Of a stretch of 40,000 nt of DNA, positions 24,422 to 33,608 are shown in pieces. How positions within the stretch are numbered: the stretch's first letter is position 1; each line of letters begins with the position of its first letter. This DNA is from Corynebacterium halotolerans (GTDB taxonomy: Bacteria; Actinomycetota; Actinomycetes; Mycobacteriales; Mycobacteriaceae), in contig NZ_JBNILW010000005.1 of the NCBI RefSeq assembly GCF_050107895.1, positions 1-40,000 of the forward strand, given 5' to 3'. A program made the position numbers and the translations under genes. The notes below the pieces were generated by a model. It was not told the DNA's origin. It worked only from the letters and a program-made list of their open reading frames with translations, and made no database searches.

Positions 24422-24694
24422 CGGGGTTACATCCCTCTCGTGTTACTGATTCTGCCTACGTGCTGGTGCTGGCAGTCCTTGAAACTGAAACTGGAAACAA
24501 TCTTGTCACCGAACGTTATCGCGATGACGTCATTTCAGCGAACACTACCCCACACGTCTTTCAGGAATACACCGTACACAGTATTTAATGGTTCTCCCCC
24601 GGAGAGGAACGGCATCCACTCCACCCCACTCCCCGCCACGGCCGCCCAGCGGAGCTGTTGCGGGACCATTAGAATCGTCCCGCAACAGCCAAAG

Positions 24695-25318
24695 ATGCGG
24701 AGGACGCAGGTGATCGACCAGCTCGTGTCGTGGGTCGAGACCCTCATGACAGCCGCAGCTTTCTACCCGGTGCTGTGGATCGTCGTCGTGATCGACAGTC
24801 TCTTCCCGCTGGTTCCGAGCGAAACGATCATCACCTTGGCGGGCGCCTGGTCGGGATCCCGGGGGACGCCGAGTCTGGTGCTGGTCGTGTTGGTCGCCGC
24901 CGCCGGCGCGATCGTCGGCGATAATCTCTGCTATTTCTTCGGCACCCGGCTGGTCGGCATCGTCCAGCGGATCCCCGGCAACTCCAAGCGGGGCAAGGCC
25001 CTGGAGTGGGGCCGGCGCAATCTCAACCGGCACGATGTCGCCACGATCATCATCGCCCGGTTCATCCCCTGGGCCCGGTGGTGTGTGACCATCATCCTGG
25101 GGTCCATCGGATACTCCTGGCGGCGTTTCTTCTTCTGGGACACCATCGGGGTGTTTCTCTGGGCCAGCCAGGCCACCGTGCTGGGATACCTGGGTGGCTG
25201 GCTGTTCCAGGATCAACCCCTGATCGGGTTGGTGGCAGGAGTCATCTTCGGCACGGCCTTCGGCCTGGTCCTGCAGAAGCTGTACCAGCGTTGGGAACGG
25301 CGGAGCGACCGTTCCTGA
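24695..25318 (+). CDS. DedA/VTT-domain membrane protein
   Basis: IDSLFPLVPSETIITLAGAW...GDNLCYFFG...IARFIPWARW are DedA-family motifs. The start is taken at ATG 24695; the track's start at 24440 lies in the AT-rich promoter region. Confidence 0.75.
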   Translation: MRRTQVIDQLVSWVETLMTAAAFYPVLWIVVVIDSLFPLVPSETIITLAGAWSGSRGTPSLVLVVLVAAAGAIVGDNLCYFFGTRLVGIVQRIPGNSKRGKALEWGRRNLNRHDVATIIIARFIPWARWCVTIILGSIGYSWRRFFFWDTIGVFLWASQATVLGYLGGWLFQDQPLIGLVAGVIFGTAFGLVLQKLYQRWERRSDRS

Positions 25319-25401
25319 ATCGGCCACGGGAGGGACCCTACCCCTGGTGAGACGCGCAGACGTGTCCTGACAGCATCCCTCGAATCCGTCCGCTGGAACG
25401 C

Positions 25402-25430
25402 AAAAAACACCGCCCACCGCTGGTGTGCGG
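25402..25430 (-). terminator. Rho-independent terminator of cspA
   Basis: On the minus strand, stem ccgcacacc/ggtgggcgg (one mismatch) is followed by TGTTTTTT, about 45 nt after the cspA stop. Confidence 0.55.
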
Positions 25431-25472
25431 GGACGGCGTTCTCGTCAGCTGAGTGGGCCGAAACCCACGAGA

Positions 25473-25676
25473 TTACAGCGCGCGGACCTGCTGGGCCTGC
25501 GGGCCCTTAGCGCCCTCGCCGATCTCGAACTCAACCTGCTGGTTCTCCTCGAGGGTGCGGAAGCCGCTGCCCTGGATCTCGGAGTAGTGGACGAAAACGT
25601 CGGCGGATCCATCCTCCGGAGCAATGAAGCCGAAGCCCTTCTCCGCGTTGAACCACTTCACAGTTCCCTGTGCCAT
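25473..25676 (-). CDS. cspA: Cold-shock protein (CspA family)
   Basis: [36 protein letters not shown] carries the RNP1/RNP2 motifs. 67 aa from the ATG at 25676. Confidence 0.95.
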   Translation of the reverse strand: MAQGTVKWFNAEKGFGFIAPEDGSADVFVHYSEIQGSGFRTLEENQQVEFEIGEGAKGPQAQQVRAL

Positions 25677-25956
25677 TCTTCTTACCTTTACTTTCCTGGA
25701 GAGATAACGGCGAGACCGAATTGCTGGAATCACCGGGTCGGAATATCGGAACCCCCAGGTATCCCCCAACTATGCAGTTTCATGCACAGTGTGAGTTCAA
25801 CTGGGCGCCCGCGTCAACATCCCTTGCGAGCGCCTAGACACTGCGCGCAGAAACCGCGACCAAGGCTCAGTGTGTCACGTTTTCGCACGTCGCGATAGTC
25901 TTCAGCTAAAGTTTCCCGAAATACCGCTTCCAGGCCCACACAAAAAGGGGTGAAAT

Positions 25957-28398
25957 TTGGTGTCCAGCGCCCCTGCTTCCGGGCCAGATCCCACGGCCAC
26001 GCAACGTGCCACCGAAGCCTCGCGGCGCCCCGCCATCAACGCGCTGGGCGAGGAACTCAGCTCCGCCATCCGCCATCGGTTTTCCAGCTCTACCTGCACG
26101 TTTCACACCACCCTGCCCCCTCGTCCGGCCCGCTACGCTGACTGGCCCAGGTGGGTGCATCCCCCGTTGCGTCAGCACCTCGAGGACGAGGGGATCACCC
26201 GTCTATTCATCCATCAGGCAGCCTGCGCCAATTTGGCCCATCAAGGCACCAATGTGGTGTTGGCCACAGGTACCTCCTCGGGGAAGTCTCTGGGCTATCA
26301 GCTGCCCATCCTGTCCGATCTCGCCACCGACGGCACGGCCTGCGCTCTCTACCTGACACCGACAAAGGCGCTGGGGTCGGATCAGCTCGCCGCCGCGAGC
26401 CGACTGTGCCGGGAGGTACCCGGGCTGGGTGGCATCCACCCCGCCCCCTATGACGGCGACACCCCCACGGAGGCGCGGGCCGGCATCCGAGATAACGCGC
26501 GCCTGGTGTTTTCCACCCCGGACATGCTGCACGTGTCCGTGCTCGCCAACCATCAGCGGTGGGCACGGGTGCTCCGCCACCTGAAGTATCTGGTCATCGA
26601 CGAGTGCCACACCTACCGCGGGGTGTTCGGGGCAAATATCGCCCTCGTGCTCCGGCGGCTGCTGCGCATCGCCGAACATTACGGGGCCCGGCCCACCGTC
26701 ATCCTGGCGTCCGCCACCTCCAACGCGCCCGCGGACCACGCCCGGAACCTACTGGGCCAACCCGTCTCCGCGGTCACCGAGGACGGCGCTCCCACCGGAG
26801 CCCGCACCGTCATGCTGTGGGAGCCCGGTTTCCTTGAGGGCGTCGAAGGCGAAAACGGCGCCCCGGTGCGTCGGGCGGCCAGCACCGAGGCCGCTGACAT
26901 CATGGCCGCCATCGTCACCGCCGGAGCCCGCACCCTGACCTTCGTCCGGTCACGCAGACAAGCCGAGGTCGTGGCCATGCGCACGGCGGAGGAGCTGGCC
27001 CTGCTGGGGCGTCCCGATTTCGCTGACCGGGTGGCCTCCTACCGCGCGGGTTACCTGGCGGAGGACCGCCGTCGGCTGGAGCGGCAACTCGACGAAGGTG
27101 AACTGCTCGGAGTGGCCACCACCAACGCCCTGGAGCTGGGTATCGACGTCGGCGGGCTGGATGCGGTGGTCACCGCCGGGTTCCCCGGCACGGTGGCCTC
27201 GTTCTGGCAACAGGCCGGCCGGGCCGGGCGTCGCGGCCAGGGTTCCCTCGTGGTCATGATCGCCCGCGATGAGCCGATGGACACCTATCTGGTGCACCAT
27301 CCCGACGCCCTGCTGGGACGGCCCGTGGAAAGGACCGTGTTCAATCCCCGTAATCCCTACGTGCTGCGCGGCCACGTCTACTGCGCGGCGGTGGAGAAGC
27401 CGCTGAGCGAGGACGACGTCGCCGCCCTCGACGCCGCGGAGGTGGTCGCCGAACTCACGGAACTGGGTCTGCTGCGACGGCGGCCGCGCGGCTGGTTCGC
27501 CGTGGAACGGCCGAATGACAGCGACGACCTGCCCACCCCGGACACCGCGCACACCAGCGTCAGCCTGCGGGGCGGTTCGGGTGACGAGGTCATGATCGTG
27601 GACCTGACCGACGGCCGGCTGTTGGGCACCATCGACTCAGCGCGCGCAGCAGCCCAGGTACACCCCGGCGCGGTGTACCTCCACCAGGGCGAGTCCTTCG
27701 TCATCGACGAACTCGACTTCGAGGACCTGGTGGCTCTGGCACGCCCCGACATTCCGGAGTACACCACCTACGCGCGCAGTGAGACTGACATCCGGATGGT
27801 CTCGGATCCCGCACCGGAGGAGATCGCCAACCCCTCCCCCGGGCTGTGGGTGGCCAATGTGGACGTGGAGGTCACGGACCGGGTGACCGGGTATGTGGTC
27901 AAGCTGCCCGATGGCACCGTGCTGGAGTCGGTGCCGCTGCAGATGCCGCCGCAGACGCTGGTGACCAGAGCCGTGGCCTACACGATCGATCCGGCAGCAC
28001 TGACGGCCATGGGAATCCCTCCGGCGGATGTCCCCGGTGCGCTGCACGCCGCCGAACACGCCGCGATCGGGTTGCTGCCGCTGTTGGCCACCTGCGACCG
28101 GTGGGACATCGGCGGGGTCTCCACCGCACTCCACATCGACACCGCCCTGCCCACCGTCTTCGTCTATGACGGGCATCCGGGCGGTGCCGGCTTCGCTGAC
28201 ACCGGTTTCAGCAGGTTCCGGGAGTGGATCACCGCCACCTTTGAGACAGTGCGCTCCTGCGGTTGTGAATCCGGCTGCCCGTCCTGCGTGCAGTCACCCA
28301 AGTGCGGCAACGGCAACAACCCGCTGAACAAGTCCGGTGCCCTCAAGCTTCTGGGGGCCATGGTGACCATGCTCAGCGAGTTTCCCGAACCGTCCTGA
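25957..28398 (+). CDS. DEAD/DEAH-box helicase with C-terminal DUF1998 zinc module (MrfA/Rv3649-like)
   Basis: Motif I ATGTSSGKS, motif II VIDECH, SAT, and QQAGRAGRRG. The C-terminal cysteine cluster is CGCESGCPSCVQSPKCGNGNNPL. The start codon is uncertain. Confidence 0.85.
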   Translation: MVSSAPASGPDPTATQRATEASRRPAINALGEELSSAIRHRFSSSTCTFHTTLPPRPARYADWPRWVHPPLRQHLEDEGITRLFIHQAACANLAHQGTNVVLATGTSSGKSLGYQLPILSDLATDGTACALYLTPTKALGSDQLAAASRLCREVPGLGGIHPAPYDGDTPTEARAGIRDNARLVFSTPDMLHVSVLANHQRWARVLRHLKYLVIDECHTYRGVFGANIALVLRRLLRIAEHYGARPTVILASATSNAPADHARNLLGQPVSAVTEDGAPTGARTVMLWEPGFLEGVEGENGAPVRRAASTEAADIMAAIVTAGARTLTFVRSRRQAEVVAMRTAEELALLGRPDFADRVASYRAGYLAEDRRRLERQLDEGELLGVATTNALELGIDVGGLDAVVTAGFPGTVASFWQQAGRAGRRGQGSLVVMIARDEPMDTYLVHHPDALLGRPVERTVFNPRNPYVLRGHVYCAAVEKPLSEDDVAALDAAEVVAELTELGLLRRRPRGWFAVERPNDSDDLPTPDTAHTSVSLRGGSGDEVMIVDLTDGRLLGTIDSARAAAQVHPGAVYLHQGESFVIDELDFEDLVALARPDIPEYTTYARSETDIRMVSDPAPEEIANPSPGLWVANVDVEVTDRVTGYVVKLPDGTVLESVPLQMPPQTLVTRAVAYTIDPAALTAMGIPPADVPGALHAAEHAAIGLLPLLATCDRWDIGGVSTALHIDTALPTVFVYDGHPGGAGFADTGFSRFREWITATFETVRSCGCESGCPSCVQSPKCGNGNNPLNKSGALKLLGAMVTMLSEFPEPS

Positions 28399-28406
28399 GA
28401 CCGGTT

Positions 28407-28754
28407 TCAGAGTGGTCCGGCCTTCGCCTCCGCGCTGCGGCCGGTGACTGAGACCGTCACTGTCACATCAGGACCCGAAACCGCGCAGTCCACCAGTTGA
28501 GCCTGGTTCAGCACCGCGGTTTCCCCGGCAGCCGTACAGGCAGGATGACCGTACGCCCTGGCCCCGGCCCCGGCCACCGCCGCGAGATCAGCGGCCATTT
28601 GGGCACGATGCGTCGCCACGACCAGCGTGGTGGCAACCGCCACCACCCCGGCGAGGCTGACCAGAGCAATGATGATGCCCACCGAGACAACGGTGGCATA
28701 GCCCCGGTCCTCCCGCAGCACACCCGTCATACGCCCAAGCAGCCGCGGAATCAT
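28407..28754 (-). CDS. TadE-like pseudopilin (helicase/secretion-neighbourhood type, Rv3654c-like)
   Basis: N-terminal DRGYATVVSVGIIIALVSLAGVV prepilin-like hydrophobic segment. ATGA overlap with the upstream gene. Confidence 0.65.
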   Translation of the reverse strand: MIPRLLGRMTGVLREDRGYATVVSVGIIIALVSLAGVVAVATTLVVATHRAQMAADLAAVAGAGARAYGHPACTAAGETAVLNQAQLVDCAVSGPDVTVTVSVTGRSAEAKAGPL

Positions 28755-29119
28755 TCTCGGGCCTCCGGGGTCTCCACCGGGAAGACGGCGGTCGCCCGCA
28801 TGGTCCCGACCACCCCGGGAACTTCGGCGGTGGCGGTCACCAGGCCAGCTGAGGTGCTGAGCCGGATGTCTCCCCGCGGCGGGTGGTAGATGACCCCGAT
28901 GGCGTGGGAACGGGCAGCCGCTCCCGCGGCGTCGACGGCGGCTACCTGGGCTGCCAGCGTCGCAATCGCCGCGACCATGCCGGCACAGACGATCACCAGA
29001 CTCGTCAGGGCCAGTGCGGCCTCGACGGTGACCGAACCGCGATCATCGGCGAACAGGCCACGCCATTGACGGTGCTTCCGGAGCTGCATCAGTCTGTCCG
29101 GCCGCTCACGGGGTGTCAC
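28751..29119 (-). CDS. TadE-family minor pilin (Rv3655c-like)
   Basis: DDRGSVTVEAALALTSLVIVCAGMV motif. The start is either 29119 (GTG) or 29089 (ATG). Confidence 0.6.
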   Translation of the reverse strand: MTPRERPDRLMQLRKHRQWRGLFADDRGSVTVEAALALTSLVIVCAGMVAAIATLAAQVAAVDAAGAAARSHAIGVIYHPPRGDIRLSTSAGLVTATAEVPGVVGTMRATAVFPVETPEARE

Positions 29120-29321
29120 TCAGGGCATCGGTGATGATCGATTCAATGGCATCGACCACTGCGCCCCCGTTGATCACCGCATACAAGACAGCGGCCAGCG
29201 CTGCCGCGGCAAGCGACCCCATGGCGTACTCGACCGTGGACATCCCCTTGTCGTTGTGCAGGGGGACTACCGCAGTACGGCCACGGCGAAGAAGGTTGCT
29301 GGTCAGAATGGAAAGGTACAT
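29106..29321 (-). CDS. Flp-type pilin-like protein (DUF4244, Rv3656c-like)
   Basis: DKGMSTVEYAMGSLAAAALAAVLYAVI is a Flp-like processing motif plus hydrophobic helix. SD aggaga. Confidence 0.65.
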   Translation of the reverse strand: MYLSILTSNLLRRGRTAVVPLHNDKGMSTVEYAMGSLAAAALAAVLYAVINGGAVVDAIESIITDALSDTP

Positions 29322-29424
29322 GATGGTCTCCTTGTTGAGAAGTAGGGTGTGAGGAGTTTTTCTGTTGCGGCGGAAAACGTCCGCCGTGACGTGTCGAAGG
29401 GACAGAAGGGACAGCTCCCACGAA

Positions 29425-30096
29425 CTAGCCGAGCAGCTCCAGTCCCAGGCTGATCACGACCGGGGCCAGGCCCAGGACGATGAAACCGGGAAGAAAGCAG
29501 ACGGCTAGCGGTAGAGCAATGTAGACCCCGGCGCGTTCAGCTGCGGCGTGTGCGCTGTCGGTTGCCTCGGTACGCAATGTGTCAGCGACACGTTCGCAAC
29601 CGGTGGCGATCGCCGCTCCTGAGCGGTGGGACAGCCGGGTGATGCCAGATAGCTCCGCCAGCCCGGGAACCCCGTTCATCCGGTGCCAGGCCCGCGCCGG
29701 GTCCACACCGACCGCCAATAGCCTGGCGACATCGCTCCACGCTCCGGCTGACTCATCTGACGTGCTCCCGGCCACTGCCCCCGCAGCAGTACCCGGGGAC
29801 AGTCCGGCCCGCACACAGGCAGCGAACAAGGCGATGTCGGCGGCCACGGCCAGCCGGTCGATCCGGCCGCCTCCGCTGCTCAGCGCTGAGGGCCAGATGC
29901 GCCCCAGCCATCGGCACAGCCGGGTCCCGGCACCGCCACGGCCGGGGCCGTCGCGGGGTCGTTTGGGTCCGTCGGAGACGGCGACCCCATCTTCCCCGAG
30001 GGCTCTTCCGGCGGGGGCGGGCGGGACGATCATGAGAGCCATGGACAACAGGACCAGGGTGGCGGGACTGAACAGCAACGACAACAGCTCCTTCAT
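29425..30096 (-). CDS. TadC-like type II secretion system F-domain membrane protein
   Basis: Polytopic, in the tad gene order. ATG 30096 overlaps the upstream stop (ATGA). Confidence 0.6.
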   Translation of the reverse strand: MKELLSLLFSPATLVLLSMALMIVPPAPAGRALGEDGVAVSDGPKRPRDGPGRGGAGTRLCRWLGRIWPSALSSGGGRIDRLAVAADIALFAACVRAGLSPGTAAGAVAGSTSDESAGAWSDVARLLAVGVDPARAWHRMNGVPGLAELSGITRLSHRSGAAIATGCERVADTLRTEATDSAHAAAERAGVYIALPLAVCFLPGFIVLGLAPVVISLGLELLG

Positions 30097-30893
30097 CGGG
30101 TGGCTCCCGTGATGATCCGGCGGGACCAGAGAAACCCACTGCAACTCAGCCCCACCCCGAGAACCAACAGCATCCCGCCCAGTCCGCCACCGAAGAGCAA
30201 CCCCAATGGATCCGCCCCCATTGCCGTTCCCATCAGGATCCCGGCGACCGGCAGCAGGGTGAGCACGACGGCTGTGGCCTGTGGTCCCTGCAGCGACGCG
30301 CTGGTGGCGGCCCGATGCCGGGCGCGGGTGTCTAAGCGGGACTGTGCCTGCTCGATCAACGGAGTCAGGGGGATCCCATGGTGTTCAGCAGTGCGCCACA
30401 ACTGGGCGGTGTCGGCCAGCTCCGGAGCGGAGTCTGCTGCATCAAGGAGCACCTCGGCGCCCGCACCACCAGCCTGGGTGCGGGCGGCAGTGACCTCGAC
30501 GAGGCGTCGGAACTCAGTCGGTGCCTCCTCCGTCACGGCTGCGGCCGCTGCCCCCAGAGCCTGTGGCATGCCCGTCCCGGCACGGAGTTCACCGAGCAGG
30601 TGGCCGAGAAACGCCGCAGTAGCGGTGGATCGTCTGCGGGCGAGCTGATCATTGCGCAACTGTCGGAGCGTGACTACCGCAGTGCTAACTGCGATCCCAC
30701 CGGCCAACGCGGTGCTGAGCTGACCGTGCAACAGAAAGATCAGGCCAGCCAACCCAGCAGTGAGAACGAACAAGGTCATGCTCACCGGGGAGCGGCGCAG
30801 CTGTCGGCCGGGGGCACCGCCGGAAACGAGACGGCCTGCCGGACGGGGCCCGGGCAAGGCGAAGCTGAGCGCAAGCAGAAGCAACGGAATCAT
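30093..30893 (-). CDS. TadB-like type II secretion system F-domain membrane protein
   Basis: Polytopic, directly downstream of the ATPase, with an ATGA overlap. Confidence 0.6.
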   Translation of the reverse strand: MIPLLLLALSFALPGPRPAGRLVSGGAPGRQLRRSPVSMTLFVLTAGLAGLIFLLHGQLSTALAGGIAVSTAVVTLRQLRNDQLARRRSTATAAFLGHLLGELRAGTGMPQALGAAAAAVTEEAPTEFRRLVEVTAARTQAGGAGAEVLLDAADSAPELADTAQLWRTAEHHGIPLTPLIEQAQSRLDTRARHRAATSASLQGPQATAVVLTLLPVAGILMGTAMGADPLGLLFGGGLGGMLLVLGVGLSCSGFLWSRRIITGATR

Positions 30894-32029
30894 GAGCTGA
30901 CCCGCCTGCGAAAATCCTCGAACCCGGGGCGGGAGCCGTGATCAGCATCCCAGATCACCGAGACCTCCACCGGGTTTCCGTGGAGCAGGCCGAGCTGGTG
31001 GAGCTGTCGGCCCTGAGCGGTCCGCCGCATACCGAGCACCACCTTCACCGCCGCCGCGAGCTGGGAGTGCAGGGCATGCCGGTCCAGTCCGCCGAGCGCG
31101 GCCAGCGCCTCCATACGGGCCGGAATCTCCTGCAGGGAATTCGCGTGCACGGTCCCCGCGCCACCATCGTGACCGGTGTTGAGCGCCGCCAGGAGATCCA
31201 CCACCTCCCCACCGCGGATCTCGCCCACCACGATCCGATCGGGACGCATCCGCAGGGCCTGCCGCAGCAGGTCTGCCAGGGAGATCGCGCCCCTACCCTC
31301 AATGTTGCTGGAGCGGGCCACCAGCGACACCACATGCGGATGAATGGGTTGCAGCTCCGCGGTGTCTTCAATGCACAGGATCCGCTCGTGTCCGGGAACC
31401 GCCGCCAAGAGGGCAGCAAGCAGGGTGGTTTTTCCGGTACCGGTTCCGCCTGTAACCAGAAAGGCTATGCGCCGGGACACCATAATCTGCAGCAGTTCCG
31501 CCAGCTCGCAGCTCAACGTGCCGGACTCCACCAATTGCTCCAGGGTGGTCACCGCCTGCCGCAGTACCCGCAGGCTCAGGCAGGTTCCCCCGTCCGCCGG
31601 AGGACTCAGGAGTGCGTGAATACGGATCTGACTACCGTCAGAGCGCCGGAGTCTCCCGTCGGCGAAGGGCTGGGCATCATCGAGCCGGCCACCGCAGGCC
31701 ACCACCAGCCGGGTGGCCAACCGCCGCACATCTGCGTCAGCATCAAAGCGCAGGTCCGCCTGCTCCAGTCCCTGGCCCCTGTCAAACCAGACCTGTTCCG
31801 GCCCATTGACCACGATGTCCGTGACTCCGTCCAACAGGAGAAGCGGCTCCAGCGGACCGATGCCTGTGGAATCGTGCCGTAACTTGCGCAAGATCGCGAG
31901 TACGTCGACATCACTGATCACCCCGGCTTCCTCGCGCACGATGCGGGCAGTGGCAGCGGCATCCGGACGGTCCGTCTCCTCGACCATGCGGCGCTGGATC
32001 TTCTCCAGCAGTTCTGTGTCAGTCGCCAT
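30890..32029 (-). CDS. tadA: TadA/CpaF-family secretion ATPase
   Basis: Walker A VTGGTGTGKTTLL, Walker B-like ILCIEDTAEL, VGEIRG, and His box TGHDGGAGTVHANS. Confidence 0.85.
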   Translation of the reverse strand: MATDTELLEKIQRRMVEETDRPDAAATARIVREEAGVISDVDVLAILRKLRHDSTGIGPLEPLLLLDGVTDIVVNGPEQVWFDRGQGLEQADLRFDADADVRRLATRLVVACGGRLDDAQPFADGRLRRSDGSQIRIHALLSPPADGGTCLSLRVLRQAVTTLEQLVESGTLSCELAELLQIMVSRRIAFLVTGGTGTGKTTLLAALLAAVPGHERILCIEDTAELQPIHPHVVSLVARSSNIEGRGAISLADLLRQALRMRPDRIVVGEIRGGEVVDLLAALNTGHDGGAGTVHANSLQEIPARMEALAALGGLDRHALHSQLAAAVKVVLGMRRTAQGRQLHQLGLLHGNPVEVSVIWDADHGSRPGFEDFRRRVSS

Positions 32030-33099
32030 TACGCTGCACTCCCGACGGCGGCGGAACGGGTTTCCGCAAGCACCGCCTGCGCCGCCACCAGCAGGGGCTT
32101 GGGCAGGTTGTGGGGCAGTCCCAGCATCTCGATCTGCTTGGGCAGCCGCGCGACGGTACCGATTTCGGCGATGACCTCACTCCGGGTGATCTTCTCGATA
32201 TCTGCCGGGGACAGCCCCGACCAGCCGCGATGGCGAACCACCAGAAGAGTCTCAACCTGCCGTGCCCGCCATCGGTTTATCGCCTGCGCCGCCGCCGCGA
32301 CGGGACGCACCTCCGCAGGCACCAGCAGAACCAGACGGTCGCAGTGCTCGACCACATCCTCAGTGAGGTTCCCGCCAGGCAGATCCACCACGCACAGACC
32401 TGCCGCGGCCCGGAAACTGCGCAACGCCGCCCCGAGTTCTGCCGCTGATAGGCGGTAGGGATCGGGCACAGTCGCACGGGCGCCCGTCAGTACAGCGATC
32501 TGGTCACTGGTGGTGGGAAGCGCTGCCCGTAGGTCCTCGGCTGAGACGGCCCCCGTGCCGAAACGCAGGTCGGGCCACCGGGCTCCCGTCGCGTCCTCCA
32601 ACCCGAGCAGCAGGTCCAAGCCACCAGCGGAGGGATCAGCATCAATGAGAGCGGGGGTACGTCCGGCCCCTGCGGCCCGAACCAGGGTTGCAGCGAAGGT
32701 GCTGGTACCTGCCCCGCCGGCGGCGCCGGCCACGCCGACCACCTCTCCCCCACCCGCAAGGGGAGATCCCTCTCGTCCGAGTAATTTCAAGAGCTCTGCG
32801 GCCTGAGCCGGGATCACCAGTGCCTGTTCGGCCTGGGCCTCCAGGGCCGCCTGCCAATCCACAGGGCCGGGATCAGCCACGAGAAAATAGACCTGTCGCC
32901 GTCGGGGAAGCCCCGCAACCGTGGCAGCTCCTTCCGCATCAATGAGTACCGCGTCAACCCGAGAATGATGACGGGCGATCTCTCCGGGGTCGGTGGTGTC
33001 GATGACCCGCCTCCCAGTGGCGGCGGCGACGTGGAGTGCCTCCGGGTGGAGCACCGGATCAGCGACGGCTACGAGGATGGTGGCAGTTTCCGAGGTCAT
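32029..33099 (-). CDS. Ssd/TadZ (CpaE-like, MinD/ParA-related) protein
   Basis: Deviant Walker A GVAGAAGGAGTSTFAATL. It is the first gene of the tad cluster. ATG 33099; its stop overlaps the tadA start (TAATG). Confidence 0.7.
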   Translation of the reverse strand: MTSETATILVAVADPVLHPEALHVAAATGRRVIDTTDPGEIARHHSRVDAVLIDAEGAATVAGLPRRRQVYFLVADPGPVDWQAALEAQAEQALVIPAQAAELLKLLGREGSPLAGGGEVVGVAGAAGGAGTSTFAATLVRAAGAGRTPALIDADPSAGGLDLLLGLEDATGARWPDLRFGTGAVSAEDLRAALPTTSDQIAVLTGARATVPDPYRLSAAELGAALRSFRAAAGLCVVDLPGGNLTEDVVEHCDRLVLLVPAEVRPVAAAAQAINRWRARQVETLLVVRHRGWSGLSPADIEKITRSEVIAEIGTVARLPKQIEMLGLPHNLPKPLLVAAQAVLAETRSAAVGSAA

Positions 33100-33259
33100 G
33101 CCCCACACCCTCGTAGTCTGACGCAATTCCGACAATCACCCGGCCAGCAGACTGTGGATAAACCCGAAAGTTGTAGACCCATCATCACCCAGCTGTGGAC
33201 AAACTTCAGCTCCGTGTCGCGGAGACGCTCCAAATCGGTGAAGATGGGGAGGCCCGGGC

Positions 33260-33360
33260 ATAAAAGGACGGCCCGCGCCTCGGGGGGGGTGTGCGCGGGC
33301 CGTCTAACCCGGCCTCGGGGGGCGAGCCGGGGCAGGCCACACTGTATATCGGGGCCTTGC
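33260..33360 (-). ncRNA. 6C: 6C RNA (two hairpins with C-rich loops)
   Basis: On the minus strand, hairpin 1 (33308-33332) has loop GCCCCCC. Hairpin 2 has a perfect 12-bp stem gacggcccgcgc (33267-33304) and a loop containing C8, followed by CTTTTAT. A candidate promoter is TTGTCA-17 nt-AATAAT (33396-33368). It lies between ssd and the HAD hydrolase, where 6C/B11 is found in corynebacteria and mycobacteria. Confidence 0.7.
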
Positions 33361-33608
33361 AAGCAGCATTATTGCACACCGCAGGTGCCTTGACAATACT
33401 TTTCGCACAAAATTTCGTATCCGTTTTCGGCCGCCGGTCAGTGACCGGCACACGGCGTCCCACCGATCGAAGAGTGGACACCCACCCAGGACTCCCTGTA
33501 GCCGCAGGACTCTACGTCGCCCCATAAGTTGTTACCGCTTCGTAACGTCTCGTCGATGAGCCGAGATAATCCCATTGAAGACCCTGACCCTGCAAAAGGC
33601 GGAACCCG

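Noticed and set aside
19551-25769. N-terminal extensions in the ORF track for the FMN reductase (to 20441), dedA (from 24440) and cspA (to 25769)
   Set aside because: The extensions lack family similarity and have atypical composition. Internal ATGs with good SDs (20165, 25676) or the family-consistent start (24695) fit better.
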